A DNA stretch of 64,000 nt, taken from positions 24,490,001 to 24,554,000 of the forward strand of contig OY740781.1 in the NCBI GenBank assembly GCA_963514005.1, read 5' to 3'. The notes beneath the pieces were generated by a model. The model was not told where the DNA came from. It ran no database searches and saw only the letters and a program-made list of their open reading frames with translations. This DNA comes from Raja brachyura (lineage: Eukaryota). Shown here piece by piece: positions 1-11,984 of the stretch. Each line of letters starts with the position of its first letter. Within the stretch, counting starts at the first letter, position 1. Made by a program: the position numbers and the translations under genes.

Positions 1-96
1 GACAATGACATTCTTGCTTGCTGCAGCACAATAGAATCTTGTAGGCATAAATACAGAACAGACCAGTGTGTCCATATACCATAGAATATATATATA

Positions 97-147
<51 letters not shown>

Positions 148-2690
148 AATAAACAGATAAAGTGTAATAGGCTGTTATAGTTCAGAGTTTGTTTGAAGTT
201 GTTTGTTTAATAGTCTCATGGCTGTGAGGAAGAAGCTGTTCCTGAACCTGGATGTTGCAGATTTCAGGTTCTTATACCTTCTACCTGAAGGCAGCGGAGA
301 GATGAGTGTGTGGCAAGGATGGTGTGGGTTCTTAATGAGGTTGGCAGCCTTTTTGAGGCAGCGACTGTGATAGATCCCCTCGATGGTAGGGAGGTCAGAG
401 CCGATGATGGACTGGGCAGTCTTTACAACATTTTGCAACCTTTTCCGCTCCTGGACGTTCAAGTTGCTGAACCAAGCCATGATGTAACCGGTCAGCATGC
501 TATCTACTGTGCACCTGTAGAAGTTCAAGAGAGTCCTCCTTGACATACCGACTCTCCGTAATCTTCTCAGGAAGTACAGGCGCTGATGTGCTTTCTTTAT
601 AATTGAATCGATGTTCTGGGACCAGGAGAAATCTTCGGAAATATGCACGCCCAGGAATTTGAAGTTCTTGACCCTTTCCACCATCGACCCATTGATCTAA
701 ACGGGACTGTGGGTCCCCATCCTACCCCTTCCAAAGTCCACAATCACTTCCTTGGTTTGCTGGTGTTGAGGGCCAGGTTATTGTGCTGGCATCATTTGGT
801 CAATCGGTCGATCTCACTTCTATACTCTGACTCGTCCCCATCAGTGATACGTCGCACAAAAGTGGTGTTGTCGGCGAACTTGATGATGGAGTTCGCGCTA
901 TGTCCGGCTACGCAGTCATGCGTATAGAGTGAGTACAGCAGGGGGCTGAGCACGCAGCTTTGAGGTACTCCCATGCTGATTGTCATAGAGGATTACACAT
1001 TTCCACCAATATGGACAGACTGTGGTCTGAATGAGGAAGTCGAGGATCCAATTGCAGAGGGATGCGCAGAGACCCAGATCTGAGAGCTTGGTAACCAGCG
1101 TGGAGAGGATGATGGTATTAAATGCCGAGCTGTAGTCAATGAATAACAGCCTGACATATGAGTTTTTGTTGTCCAAGTAGTCCAGAGAGGAGTGGAGAGC
1201 CAGTGAGATCGCATCCACCGTTGATCTGTTGTGGCGGTAAGCGAACTGCAGTGAGTCCAGGATTTTGCCGAGGTATGAGTTGATTTGCGCCATGATTAGC
1301 CTCTCAAAGCACTTCATCACCACAGTCGTTAGTGCCACTGGTCAATAGTCATTGAGGCACGTCACCTTGCTCTTCTTGGGCACCGGTATTATTGATGCCC
1401 TTTTAAAGCAGGTGGGAACCTCAGACCTCAGAATTGAGAGGTTGAAAATGTCCGTAAAAACACCAGCCTGTTGGTCCACACAGGTTTTTAAAACGCCCGG
1501 GTATACCATCAGGTCCAAGCGCTTTCCGAGGGTTCACCCCTTCTGCCGTCGGCCTCTGTGACTGTGACCGAAATACCATCACGGCGAACGGGGGCTCGGG
1601 AAGGCACATCAGTGTTCTCCCTATCAAAGCTTGCGTAAAACGCATTGAGCTCGTTAGGGAGTGATGCATCGCTGACATTTGAGCTGCCTCCTGATTTCGC
1701 CTTGTAGGAGGTGATTGCATTCAAGCCCCACCACAGTTGCTGAACATCCGTCTCATCTTCCAGCTTGGAGCAGAAGTCCCTTTTGGCCTTTTTGATGGCC
1801 TTACCAAGGTAGTATCTGGACTACTTGTAGCCCTCTGTATCTCCAGACCTGAATGCCTGGAATCTGTTCTTCAGAAGAATGCGGATCTCATGGTTCATCT
1901 AAGGCTTCTGGTTAGTAAACACTCGGAAGGTTTTTGTTGGGATGCAGTCCTCCACACATTTCTTTATGTAGTCTGTAGCGACTGTGGCGTATTCATTCAG
2001 GTCTGTTGCCGAGTCCCTGAACTTTGCCCAGTCTACAGACTCCAAACAGTCCTGGAGTTGTTCCTCTACCCCCCCGACCAGCTCTGTACAATTGTCACCT
2101 CTGGGGGTGCGCTCTTCAATTGCTGCCTGTAGGCAGGAAGAAGCAGCGCCGTAGTATGGCAGAGCACCGTAGAGCGATAGGCATCCTTGATGGTCGTGTA
2201 GCAGTGGTCGAGGATGTTTGTTCCTCTGGTGCGGCAGGAGACATGTCGGTGGAAGTTAGGGAGTGATTTCTTAAGGTTGGCTATGGTGGTAAATGCCTCG
2301 GGGTAAGCTGCCTGGTGCTTGTTGACCACGGCATGCAGCTCCCCCAGTGCCAGATGAACATCTGCTAGGTGAGGGATGTAGACCGCGGTCAGAATGATGG
2401 AGGTGAATTCCCTCGGTAGGTAGAAGGGACGGCACTTCACATCCAGGTGTGGAGAGCAGGAGTTGGATAGGACTGCCACGTCTGAGCACCACGCAGAATT
2501 GACCATGAGGCAGACGCCCCATCTCCCTTTCCCAGATGCCAGTGTATGGTCCATGCGATGGATGGAGAAAAACCTTCAGGCTGGACTGCTGAGTCTGGGG
2601 AGCTGGCGGCGAGCCATGTCTCTGTGAAACAGAACACAGAGCATTTCTCAGCTCCCTTTGGTAAAGCAGCCTTGCTCTTAATTCCTCCAC
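1..2690 (-). mobile_element. Rex1/Babar-type non-LTR retrotransposon, degenerate ORF (APE endonuclease + RT), frameshifted
   Basis: Collinear minus-strand ORF fragments: CFTETWL and LDHCYT (APE); [42 protein letters not shown] (RT); KKAHQRLYFLRRL and RFRNSFF (C-terminus). The 3' UTR with a (TA)n(CA)n tract runs to the window start. Confidence 0.9.
85..146. repeat. (TA)n/(CA)n microsatellite in the Rex1 3' UTR
   Basis: Seen directly. Confidence 0.95.
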
Positions 2691-3091
2691 TTAAGGATTA
2701 GCACTTAATTAACTCATTCACCCTCCCCTCCTACTATTTTCGTTTTTTTATTTGTTTTCGTCTCGGCGTTCAGAATGGTTGATCTTGGCACCTATTTTTC
2801 TAATAAAGTTTATTTCCACTCGGCTGTAAAATGGATTGGAGATGTCTTTTCATTGATCATCGTCCTGTAGCTTTGCGACAAAAGAGAAGATAAAAGTTTT
2901 AAATCTTAATAATTTAATTATTTTTGTATTTGACTATTTTTATTTATCTTGTTATTTACTTCAATTTTAATAGTTTGAATGTGTACAAATGTCTCTGGAG
3001 TTGGAGTCACAACTGAATCAGGGTTGAAACTAAAAAAGCAAGCATCATATTTACTCTTGTTGGAAATTCACTGGTGTTTCTTCCCGGACAG

Positions 3092-3281
3092 ACTGGCGAG
3101 ATCCAGAATTAATGCGTGAGATTGAAGCTGCCACAGGAGTAGATCTTGGATCTTCAAGATGTGACCAAAAGGGAAAAGGGAAAAAGGCCAAAGGAAAAAA
3201 GAAAAAGTATCCAAATCTCACTGACCTAAAACAAGAGAGTAACACATCTCGATCAAGGCTGGAGAAACGAGTGTTCAACAA
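3092..3281 (+). CDS. UVSSA: UVSSA penultimate coding exon (UV-stimulated scaffold protein A, C-terminal region)
   Basis: Acceptor ttcttcccggacAG and donor AA|gtaagg. Translates (D)[62 protein letters not shown], matching the vertebrate UVSSA motif DWQDPELMRDVEAATGxDLG..YPxLTxLK as I recall it. Splices in frame to 25745 and sits next to NKX1-1 as in mammals. Confidence 0.9.
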
Positions 3282-3890
3282 GTAAGGACATGATCCAGTG
3301 TGTTTTGTTTTTTTAATTTTTGTAATGCTTCTTGTTTGTATCACTTTCACAGTAATATGTGGTTGTGCTAAACTTGCAAATACAGTCATTGTTTGTTTAT
3401 GATCATGTGAAATGTGGCTTCATTGACTTCAATTTAAACAAATTTTGGAAGATCGAGTACAGAATTTAGCGCACAAAAAAGTAGCTTCTTGATTATCTCC
3501 ACACATAGCACATATATTTCTCATGATGCGTTCAGATAATTTAATTTGAAATTGAATCAGCACTTTCATTCCTTTACTTTAATTACAATTATGTACTAAT
3601 TTGGGAGTTAAACATTAATTAATAAAAAGATTATGTAGACTATAATTTACCTTTTTTGCTACTGATTTTATTCCAACAATATTTTGCAACTGAAATTGCA
3701 GAATTCTTGAATGATGGAGCATATTAAGAGGCAACTTGGCCATTCATCCCAGCACCAGCTCTTTGACAGTGCCGTTCAATTAGTGTCACTCCTCTGGTAA
3801 TTTTGCACATTTATTTCTCTCCAATTGAAGACCGTTATTGAATCTTGCTTCCACCAACCGATCAAGCAGTGCATTCCAGATTATTACTTA

Positions 3891-4364
3891 AGGGCCTGTC
3901 ACACTAGCGCGCGATTAGACGCGACAAGCGCGACAAATTCGGACGCGGGGGTCGCGTGGGGGTCAGGCGATCCCGGTGCGAGTGAAGGGCCTGTCCCACT
4001 AGCGCGCGATTACACGCGCAACGTCCGAAGGAAGGACGTTATTTTTCATCACGTGACGATGCGCATGAGCATGCGCGTTGCACGACGTCGGGCAGTGACG
4101 TCATCACGCAACGCCACGCTGAAGACGCACAACGTCAAAACGTCATCACGTTCTGCGCGACAGGATTTTGCCGCGCGTAATTTTTAAGCAGTGTCGGTTT
4201 TTGGACACTACGCGCGATGTCGACACCAGCTCCACACGAGTCCGCGGAACTCCACGAGACTCCGGCGATCGCAGTGGGACAGGGTCACGCGAGGCCGGAC
4301 GACTAAAGCGACCACGGTAGGTCGCGCTTGTCGCGTCTAATCGCGCGCTAGTGTGACAGGCCCT
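3891..4364. mobile_element. PIF/Harbinger-type MITE
   Basis: ~44-bp perfect TIR AGGGCCTGTCACACTAGCGCGCGATTAGACGCGACAAGCGCGAC; TTA on both sides (3888-3890, 4365-4367); CpG-rich and non-coding. Confidence 0.85.
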
Positions 4365-4377
4365 TTACTGTGTACTG

Positions 4378-4760
4378 AAAATAGAACAGTACAGCACAGG
4401 AACAGGCCCTTCGGCCCACAATGTGCGTGCTGAACATGATGCCAAGTTAAACCAATCATCTCTGCCTGTGTGTGATCCATATCCCTCCAATCCCTGCATG
4501 ACCCTGTGCCTATTTAAAAGTCTCCTAAACGACACTATAGTATCTGCTTCCACCACCACCCCTGACAGTGCTTTCCAGGCAGCCACCACCCTCTGAGTAA
4601 AACAAAAAACAGCTTGCCCTGCACATTTCCTCATTTAAATTTTGCCCCTCTCATCTTAAAGCCATACCGTCTAATCTTTATAATTCCACCCTGGGGGAAA
4701 ATGCCTCTGTCCACCCTGTTTATGCCTGTCATAGCATTATATAGTTCTATCGTCTCCCAT
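4378..4760 (-). mobile_element. Older CR1-type LINE 3' fragment
   Basis: Minus-strand FTQRVVAAWKAL motif and GGGCCGAAGGGCCTGTT 3' tail. Confidence 0.7.
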
Positions 4761-4839
4761 ATCAAAATAAAGCACATGGACTCTGGTACGCTTGCTAATG
4801 ACCATAAATCTGTGTCATTAGCTACTGATGAACTTTAAA

Positions 4840-5319
4840 TTAAAGGGGGATGAGGGGAAATGAGCCACGCCTGCGAAGTTGGGGGCTATGGTTGAGTGGT
4901 GGAATATTGTGTTGGGGGAATGTGTTGCATTGGGGAAATGGGTGAGTGGTGGAAACGGGTTGCGTTGGGGGAAAGGATGAGTGGTGGAATATTGCGTTGG
5001 GGGAACGGGACCTAACGGGGTAGGGAGGGGAGAGGGGTTATGGAGGGAGGGAGGGAGTGACTGAGGGTTGGGGAAAGGGGAGGGTGGGAGAGGTGAGGGA
5101 GGGAGTGGAAGAGGAAGAGGAGAGTGGAGAGAAGAGGGAGGGTGACGAAGAGGGGAAGGAGTGTTGGGGGATGAGGGGATATGAGCTGCACCTGCACAGT
5201 TGGGGGCTATAGGTGAGTGGTGGAATATTGTGTTGGGGGAACAGGTGAGTGGTGTGAACGGGTGAGTGGTGGAATATTGCATTTGGGGAATGGGGCCCAA
5301 CGGGTCCCACTTGGTCTAG
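4840..5319 (+). mobile_element. Non-autonomous Helitron, 3' part
   Basis: Ends GGGCCCAACGGGTCCC-ACTTGGT-CTAG|T (subterminal hairpin + CTAG). Contains G-rich GAGTGGTGGAATATTG repeats and is homologous to the 11.3-19.3 kb cluster. The 5' end is not recognisable. Confidence 0.7.
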
Positions 5320-5684
5320 TATCGCACTAAACCTTTCCTGTTCGAATCTTCTCTTGACCTTTTCACTCTTAAGGAGAACAAACATACTTGTTCCAGTCTT
5401 TTAATGCAGCTGATGTATATATTTCCCTGGTTTCATTCTATCCATTCCAGCAAATCTCCTTCGCTCTTTAAGGTCACGGCATCCTTCCTAACACATGGTC
5501 TTCTGAGCTATCCATAACATCCGTGTTAGGGCCTCAGTACAAAGTTTTGGCAAAGCTTCCTTTTGCCTGGATATTGTTCTAATAGTTTATTGTTCTAAAA
5601 CTGCCATTTTAACACCTCACGCAACTGAACCCTGCCATTCAGCTGGAAAGTGTGCAGAGAAGATTTGTGAAGATGCTGCCAGGA

Positions 5685-6050
5685 GAGTTATATGGAATGA
5701 GCAGCCAGAGGAGGTGGATGAGGCACAAACTATGACAATATTAAAAAAAACATTTGGACAGGTATAGGGATAGGAAAGGTTTAGAGGGATATGGGCCAAA
5801 CATGGGCAGGTTGGACAAGCGTAGATGGGGCATCATGTTCGGCATGAGCAAGTTGGGCTGATGGGTCTGTTTTCATGCTGTATGACTCTACAAATGTCTT
5901 TAGCAAACATAAGCCTGTACGCTTTCAGGTCTTTGATTTTCTGCATCTGTTTAGCCGGAGCGGGTTACTGATTTTGGATGATCAGCTATGATCATATTGA
6001 ATGGCGGTGCTGGGTCGAATGGACTACTCCTGCACCTATTTTCTATGTTT
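5685..6050 (+). mobile_element. CR1-type LINE 3' end fragments (two)
   Basis: GATATGGGCCAAA..GGG tail and GATGATCAGC..CTCCTGCACCTATT tail, both recurring throughout the window. Confidence 0.65.
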
Positions 6051-7281
6051 TAATAGAGTACCATTTGGTTAAAATTGCCTATTCCTATTCTTTCAATCAA
6101 AAACACTCTTTTGCATTGTTTTCCTATTTCAATCTGCTCACCTGCAGCCCACTGCTGTGAAAAGAATTACCAGTGTTGGCATTTCAGTGCAGGTACTGAG
6201 GGAATGCAGTGTTGTTGCAAGTGCAATCATTTGGTTAATTGAAAGCCCTCTGTGCATGTTCAGGCAGAATTGTAATGGGGCAAATGTTTTCATAGACATA
6301 TTAACTGGATAATCCTCTGTTCATCACAGGACCTAACTAGAAAAAAGTACATGTACAATATAAAATGCCTACAAGATGCAACATTTTATATTTTAGAGTG
6401 CTTTGGGGGTTAATTAACTTTCCATTCTTTTTGCCACAAAAAAAAGAAAAAGACGTGATTTTAACAAGTAATAAAATCCTGCTGTTTCTGTCAATAGAAT
6501 TTAGTGAATGGCTGCACAAGGCCGAGATGGATATCATTTCATTTGCAGCACCATATGGCGAGGGGATGCTGATGCTAGACTTAATATTACACACCAAGAC
6601 ATGCCAAGGCCACTGAATTAGTGCTAAAGACTCCTCTTAAGAATTACATATTTGGGCTGCAGCTCTGCTGTTTCCAAATTTCACAGGTCTTGAAGATAGA
6701 TATGATGCTGTTAAATGTGCAGTGTCCTGGTGTGCTTTCATTAACAGAAAGTATTTTCAAGGAATTACATAGCTTAAAGTATTGATCTTTTCTGGAACTG
6801 CTGCAAGGAAAATCAGTGTTCAGAAAGTCATATTTGAGTAATTACAATTTTTATTGAATTCAGGTTTTTCCGTTTGGTTATTTATTGTTCAGTTTTGTTC
6901 AAACTAATCATTCCTAAACCAACCATGGCTACAGTAATAATCATGTTTTGTGTTGCTTGATATCTGTTTGAAAGACTGGATGAGGACATTTTTATATCCC
7001 AGTAAAATAAAGACAGTTGATTAAAACCAGATTTATTGTGTACATTTGCATGAAGGGCATAACACCTTTGGGTTATTGATTGCCCAATTTCAACTTTAAA
7101 GGTGAGCGTTTTAAGTGAAAGGTGACATTATTTACATTTTCCATAAAACTGAAACTAAAATCATAGACGCAAGGTACAAATGCAAGAGTAAAGGTCTAGA
7201 AAAAGAACACTGCTTGAAATATGAATTCAGCCACAAGGGACGATCATGTAAAAGCCTTACTGCAAATTGCTGAAGAATAAG

Positions 7282-8281
7282 TGAATTCGGTATTCCAAAA
7301 AACGCAAGGTATCATGGGATACCTTGTCAAGGTCACTCGCTATAAAGAAAAAGCGGACGAAGAGCTGGCTGCACAAACTGTATGTAAATTTTTATTTTTA
7401 TTCATGATTTATGTGTAAAAAGATATTTAATCGGAGGAATGGGGGTGCCAGGTAGAGCTAGAGCGAAGTGTAACAGCGAGAGAGCCGCGCACAGACCCAC
7501 GCCTCATCCGTACCCCGGGTTGAACCCGTGTCCCCGGTGCCACGGGCGCTGTGGAGCGGCCGCTGGACCACACCCCCCCCCCCGGGACGTCCCCGCCCTG
7601 TGGCCACCAGCGAACCCCCACGGTGCCGGCGGGTCCACGTTCCCGCCGTCGGCAGGGGTGCTGCGGCGACTCGGCTGGATGGGCAGCATCCACGGAGAAA
7701 AGGAATGGGTGACGGGTCATGTCCCTTCTCCGGAGATGTTGCCCGGCCCGCCGTGGCGCCCTGTGTGCGTCCCCGCCGGTGGCCGGTGCTCAGCCCCCTG
7801 CCACCACCAAACCTCTCCGTTTGAGTCTCCACCCTCCACCAGCAGAGCCTTTGATGCCGGAAGACTACAAGCAGCTCCAGTGGAACTGATTGCCTATCCC
7901 AGCTCTGAGGACTCGCTGTTTGTAATGACATGCAATCCACCGAGGGGGCAAACCGACAGTCACTGAGAGAGAGGGAGAGGGGCACAGTCGGTGCTCCCCG
8001 TCCCGCCAGCTGACAGCCCCCTCGGGAGCCGGGCTGGAACCGGCACCGGTTCCGAGCCCGGCCCGACACCGCCAGCCGCCTCCGGATGTGGACGGGACAC
8101 CCGGGGGAGGGGGGAACCCGACCATGGACCCCGACCCCACAGAGCAGCACAAAGCAGCACAAAGCATAAAGCACTCACTGAAACAAAGATAACCAAAGAT
8201 AACACACAGCAGATTTGCACCCACCAATGTTTATAGCGAGTGACCTATGACCTGGCATGCACAGTCGGAATACCGAACTCA
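7282..8281. mobile_element. Unclassified non-autonomous element with bipartite inverted termini and GC-rich interior
   Basis: Inverted pairs TGAATTCGGTATTCC/GGAATACCGAACTCA (7282-, -8281) and AGGTCACTCGCTATAAA/TTTATAGCGAGTGACCT (7330-7346, 8230-8246). No clear TSD and no transposase motif. Confidence 0.6.
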
Positions 8282-9064
8282 TTACATTTTCAGTTCATCC
8301 TAAACCTATAAATCATTATCCATGGACTTTTAGAACTGGCCAGTTATGTAAGTAAGGAGAGGCTAGAGCTAGTAGATGACGATATGTAGATACTTTGTAA
8401 TGTTCTTTTACTATCTTTTGGGAACATTAAAAATTGCAGAGAACTTTCATTATATACATTTAACTATTCAGTTTCCCAAACTATATTGGAGGAGCTGGTT
8501 TATTTTTATCCAGTTTTTATTCCCTTGAAGTGAAGAGCAAGGAATTGACGCTTCATTCTGTTATACAACATTTCTTCTCTGGTCTGGTGTTCATAATCGA
8601 ATGGAGTATGCAAAATGGGGAAATAAAGAACTGCAGATGCTGGGAAGTACATAAAAGGATACAAAGTGCTGGAGTAACTCAGCAGGCAGCGTCTCTATAG
8701 AACATGAATTGGTGGCGTTTCAGGGCGAGACCCCATGCAGTATAATAGGAACTCTCTTCTGAACTCTACCCCATCATGAACAGAAAGAGGTATTGATTCC
8801 AGGTCTATTGAAAGGTTTAGTTTTAACTTTTTATCAGTAAGTTAGTATGGGATATACATCCTACAAGGCGAAAAATTCAGCAAAATGGCACCGCGCAAAA
8901 ATACTGATTTCCTCAGCAAAATACTGATTTTCAGGTACTAGAATACTGAAATGCTCTGACAAAACTTGGCAGCTCTGCTTTAGCAGTATGTTTGGGATCA
9001 TTGTCTTGGTGTAGAATGAACAGCCAGTCAATGAGTTTTGTGGCATTTGTTTGAACTTGAGCAG

Positions 9065-9241
9065 ATAGCTTTCAAGAGAGAGCTAGATAGGACTCTTAAA
9101 AATAGCGAAGTCAGGGGATATGGGGAGAAGGCAGGAACGGGGTACCTATTGGGGATGATCAGCCATGACCATATTGAATGGTGGTGCTGGCTCGAAGGGC
9201 CAAATGGCCTACTCCTGCACCTATTGTCTATTGTCTATTGT
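9065..9241 (+). mobile_element. CR1 LINE 3' end with (CTATTGT)n tail
   Basis: Same tail as the longer CR1 copies in the window. Confidence 0.8.
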
Positions 9242-9901
9242 CAGATATGTGTCTATACACTTCAGAATACGTTATGCTACTGCCATCAGCAGTTGTATCA
9301 TCAATGAAGATAAGTAAGCCAATACCTTCAGCAACCATACATGCCCAGGCCATAACACACCCACCACCGTGTTTCACAGATGAGGTGGTATGCTTTGCAT
9401 CTTGGGCAGTTCTTCTCTTCCCAATACTTTGCTCTTGCCATCACTCTAATATGTTAATCTTCGTCACATCTGTCCACAAGACCTTTTTCCAGAACTGTGT
9501 TTGCTCTTTTAAGTACTTCTTGGCAAACTGTAACCTGGTCATCCTATTTTTGCAGCTAACCAGTGGTTTGCATCTTCAGTGTAGCCTCTGTATTTCTGTT
9601 CATGAAGTCTTCTGCGGACTGTGGTCATTGACAAATCCACACCTGACTCCTAATGAGTGTTTCTGATCTGTCGGACAGGTGTTTGGGGATTTTTCTTTAT
9701 TATGGAGAGAATTCTTTTCATCAGCTGTGGCCTGCCAGTCCCTTTGCGATTAGTAAGCACACCAGTGCTCTCTTCTTAATGATGTTGCAAACAGTTGATT
9801 TAACCACATGTGATTTTATCTATTACAAATCTCAAATTGTGGAGTACAGAGGCAAATTAATAAATGATGGGTCTTTGTCCCAAATATTATGGAGGGCACT
9901 G
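9242..9901 (-). mobile_element. Tc1-like DNA transposon fragment (one TIR + decayed transposase)
   Basis: TA|CAGTGCCCTCCATAATATTTGGGACA terminus at 9901. Minus-strand FWKKVLWTD and SSVKHGGGCVMAWACM are Tc1 DDE-domain motifs. Confidence 0.85.
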
Positions 9902-10500
9902 TATATACCGGCGAGACAAAGAGCAGGCTCGGCGATCGTTTCGGTGAACACCTCCACTCAGTCCGCCCAAATCTACCTAATCTCCCAGTTGCTAAACACT
10001 TTAACTCCCCCTCCTATTCCCACACTGACATTTCTGTCCTGGGCCTCCTCCATTGTCAGAGTGACCGGCCCAGCGCAAATCGGAGGAACAGCACCTCGTA
10101 TTTTGCTTGGGCAGCTTGCACCCCAGTGGTATGAACATTAGCTTCTCTAACTTCAAGCAATCCTTGCTTTCCCTCTGTCCATCCCACCCCCTTCCCAGTT
10201 CTCAGATCCGGTCTTGCTGTCAACTACTACATTTTATCTCTGATGGCTTTGTTGTTACCTTCTCCTAGCTAACAATAATCTATTCTACATTTTCCTTGAT
10301 CTCCAATCCCTTTGTCTAGTTTTCACACCCTACATTTCCTTTTCTCCCTCTCCCCTGACATCAGTCTCAAGAAGGGTCCTCAACCCGAAACTGCACCCAT
10401 TCCTTCTCTCCAGAGATGCTGCCAGACCCGCTGAGTTACTCCAGCATTTTGTGTCTTATCTTTGAGCTAAAACAGCATCTGCAGTTCCTTCCTACACATC
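9902..10500 (+). mobile_element. Penelope-like element 3' fragment (GIY-YIG endonuclease C-terminus + pseudo-LTR)
   Basis: YTGETKSRLGDRFGEH..PVAKHFNSPS is a GIY-YIG segment. It is followed by the GAAGGGTC..CCCGAAAC..GAGTTACTCCAGC..CTGCAGTTCCTTCCTACACA pseudo-LTR. Confidence 0.85.
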
Positions 10501-10889
10501 TCTGTGATTATTCTCGTAAGACTCCTTTGGACCCTCTCCAATGCCAGCATTTGTTTGTTCAGATATAGGGCCTAAAACTGCTCACATTATTCTAAATGTG
10601 GCCTGATCAGTGCCTTATAAAGCCATAGCATTACATCCTATATTTTATATTCTAATCCTCTCGTGCTACCAATTTTGAGTGGCTTGGAATAACAATATAG
10701 ATACGCAAGATCAAATCCCAGCATGGTAACTCTGGAATTTAAATTTGTGTATTCTAGAAGAAACACAATGATTAATGATTTGGAGCCAATCTGCTCCTGC
10801 CCATCTATACAACATGTCACTCCAAACCCATCCATATAGTTGACCTATGAATGTCTTCTGAATTGCCAGAGCAAGATAATAATTATTTA

Positions 10890-11195
10890 TGCCATTACTG
10901 ACAGCATCCCAGCTGTAGCGATGACTAGTAGCAAAATATCTATGCTCCAGAACATGCTGTGCCTGTAACTAAGTTGTTCCAGTACATTTACAACACTGGC
11001 ATTGACCGGGCAATGTGGTAAGTTTCCCAAGTATGTCTTGTTCACAAAAAGCAGGACAAATTAATCGAGCTAATTCTCACACTTTCAGTCTTCTCGCACT
11101 AATAAGAAAAATGATGTCATAAAGTGGAGCTTACTCACCTACTTGCTGACGGCCAGCTTGGATTTTGCCAGGAATACCAAGCTCTAAACATTATC
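10890..11195 (+). mobile_element. Ancient LINE RT fragment
   Basis: Decayed KLFQYIYNTGI..W..VHKKQDK segment typical of the LINE RT N-terminal region. Confidence 0.5.
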
Positions 11196-11196
11196 A

Positions 11197-11360
11197 AGAG
11201 AGAGTCAAGAGTGTTTTATAGCCATATGTCCCAGATAGAACAATGACATTCTTACTTGCTGCAGAACAGAATATGTAAACAGAGTACACTGTGAACAATA
11301 TCATAAATGAGAGAGAGAGAAAAAAAAGTTCAGTAGTATATGTATATACATATACACGTA
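11197..11360 (-). mobile_element. Rex1 3' UTR, distal half (continues at 19921-20012)
   Basis: CAATGACATTCTTACTTGCTGCAG matches positions 3-26 of the first Rex1 copy and ends in a TA/CA tract. Confidence 0.7.
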
Positions 11361-11362
11361 AA

Positions 11363-11965
11363 CTAGACCAAGTGGGACCCGTTTGGACCCCTAAGTGGGA
11401 CCCCTATCTTCCTCCATTCCCCCTCATCCTCAGCACTTGCACCCCCTCCTTTTCACCCTCCCTTTTCTTTCCCCTCTCCTCCTCCCCTCCCCTATTACCT
11501 CCTTCACCTCTCTCCTTACTCCTACCCTCAGTCACTCCCTCTCTCCCTCCCTCCCTAACCCCTCTCACCTCCCTACCCCCCTTGACGTCATTGTGAGGAG
11601 GAACGCTGCTGTGTTTTTTTTTAACAGGTTTTTTAAAATGCAAATGAGATCCCATTGTAATGCCATTGTGGGGTGGAACACTGCTGACGGGCAGTTTATG
11701 TAAATGAGATCCCATAGTGATGTCATACGCTGCCAACCAAAGATCCTATAGCGGAGCAAGATAGACCACTCCTGCTAAATGCAATGGGCTGACGTGTAGT
11801 ACGCAACGGAATGGAACGTGGGCCTTTTTTTCATCCATTTCCGTAACCGGACCGGACCCGATTGTGGCGCTATCGTATACCGTTTTGGCGAAATTTCAGG
11901 ATCACACTCAATGCAGACATGCATCTAGACAGACAAACAAACAAGATGAGAGTTTTAGTAATATA
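11363..11965 (-). mobile_element. Non-autonomous Helitron unit 1
   Basis: CTAG + hairpin at 11363; 5' end TATATTACTAAAACTCTCATCTTG on the minus strand. Confidence 0.75.
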
Positions 11966-11984
11966 AAATAAATAATATTTATAT

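Noticed and set aside
175-684. Possible host gene (ALKBH8-like annotations are often given to this peptide type)
   Set aside because: It is the Rex1 ORF C-terminus, repeated at 23115-23672.
7427-8236. Overlapping ORFs up to 238 aa
   Set aside because: Open in most frames because of high GC inside a repeat; low-complexity products.
9889-10134. Apparent Tc1-GIY-YIG fusion ORF
   Set aside because: The start codon comes by chance from the Tc1 TIR; the GIY-YIG part is truncated and frameshifted.
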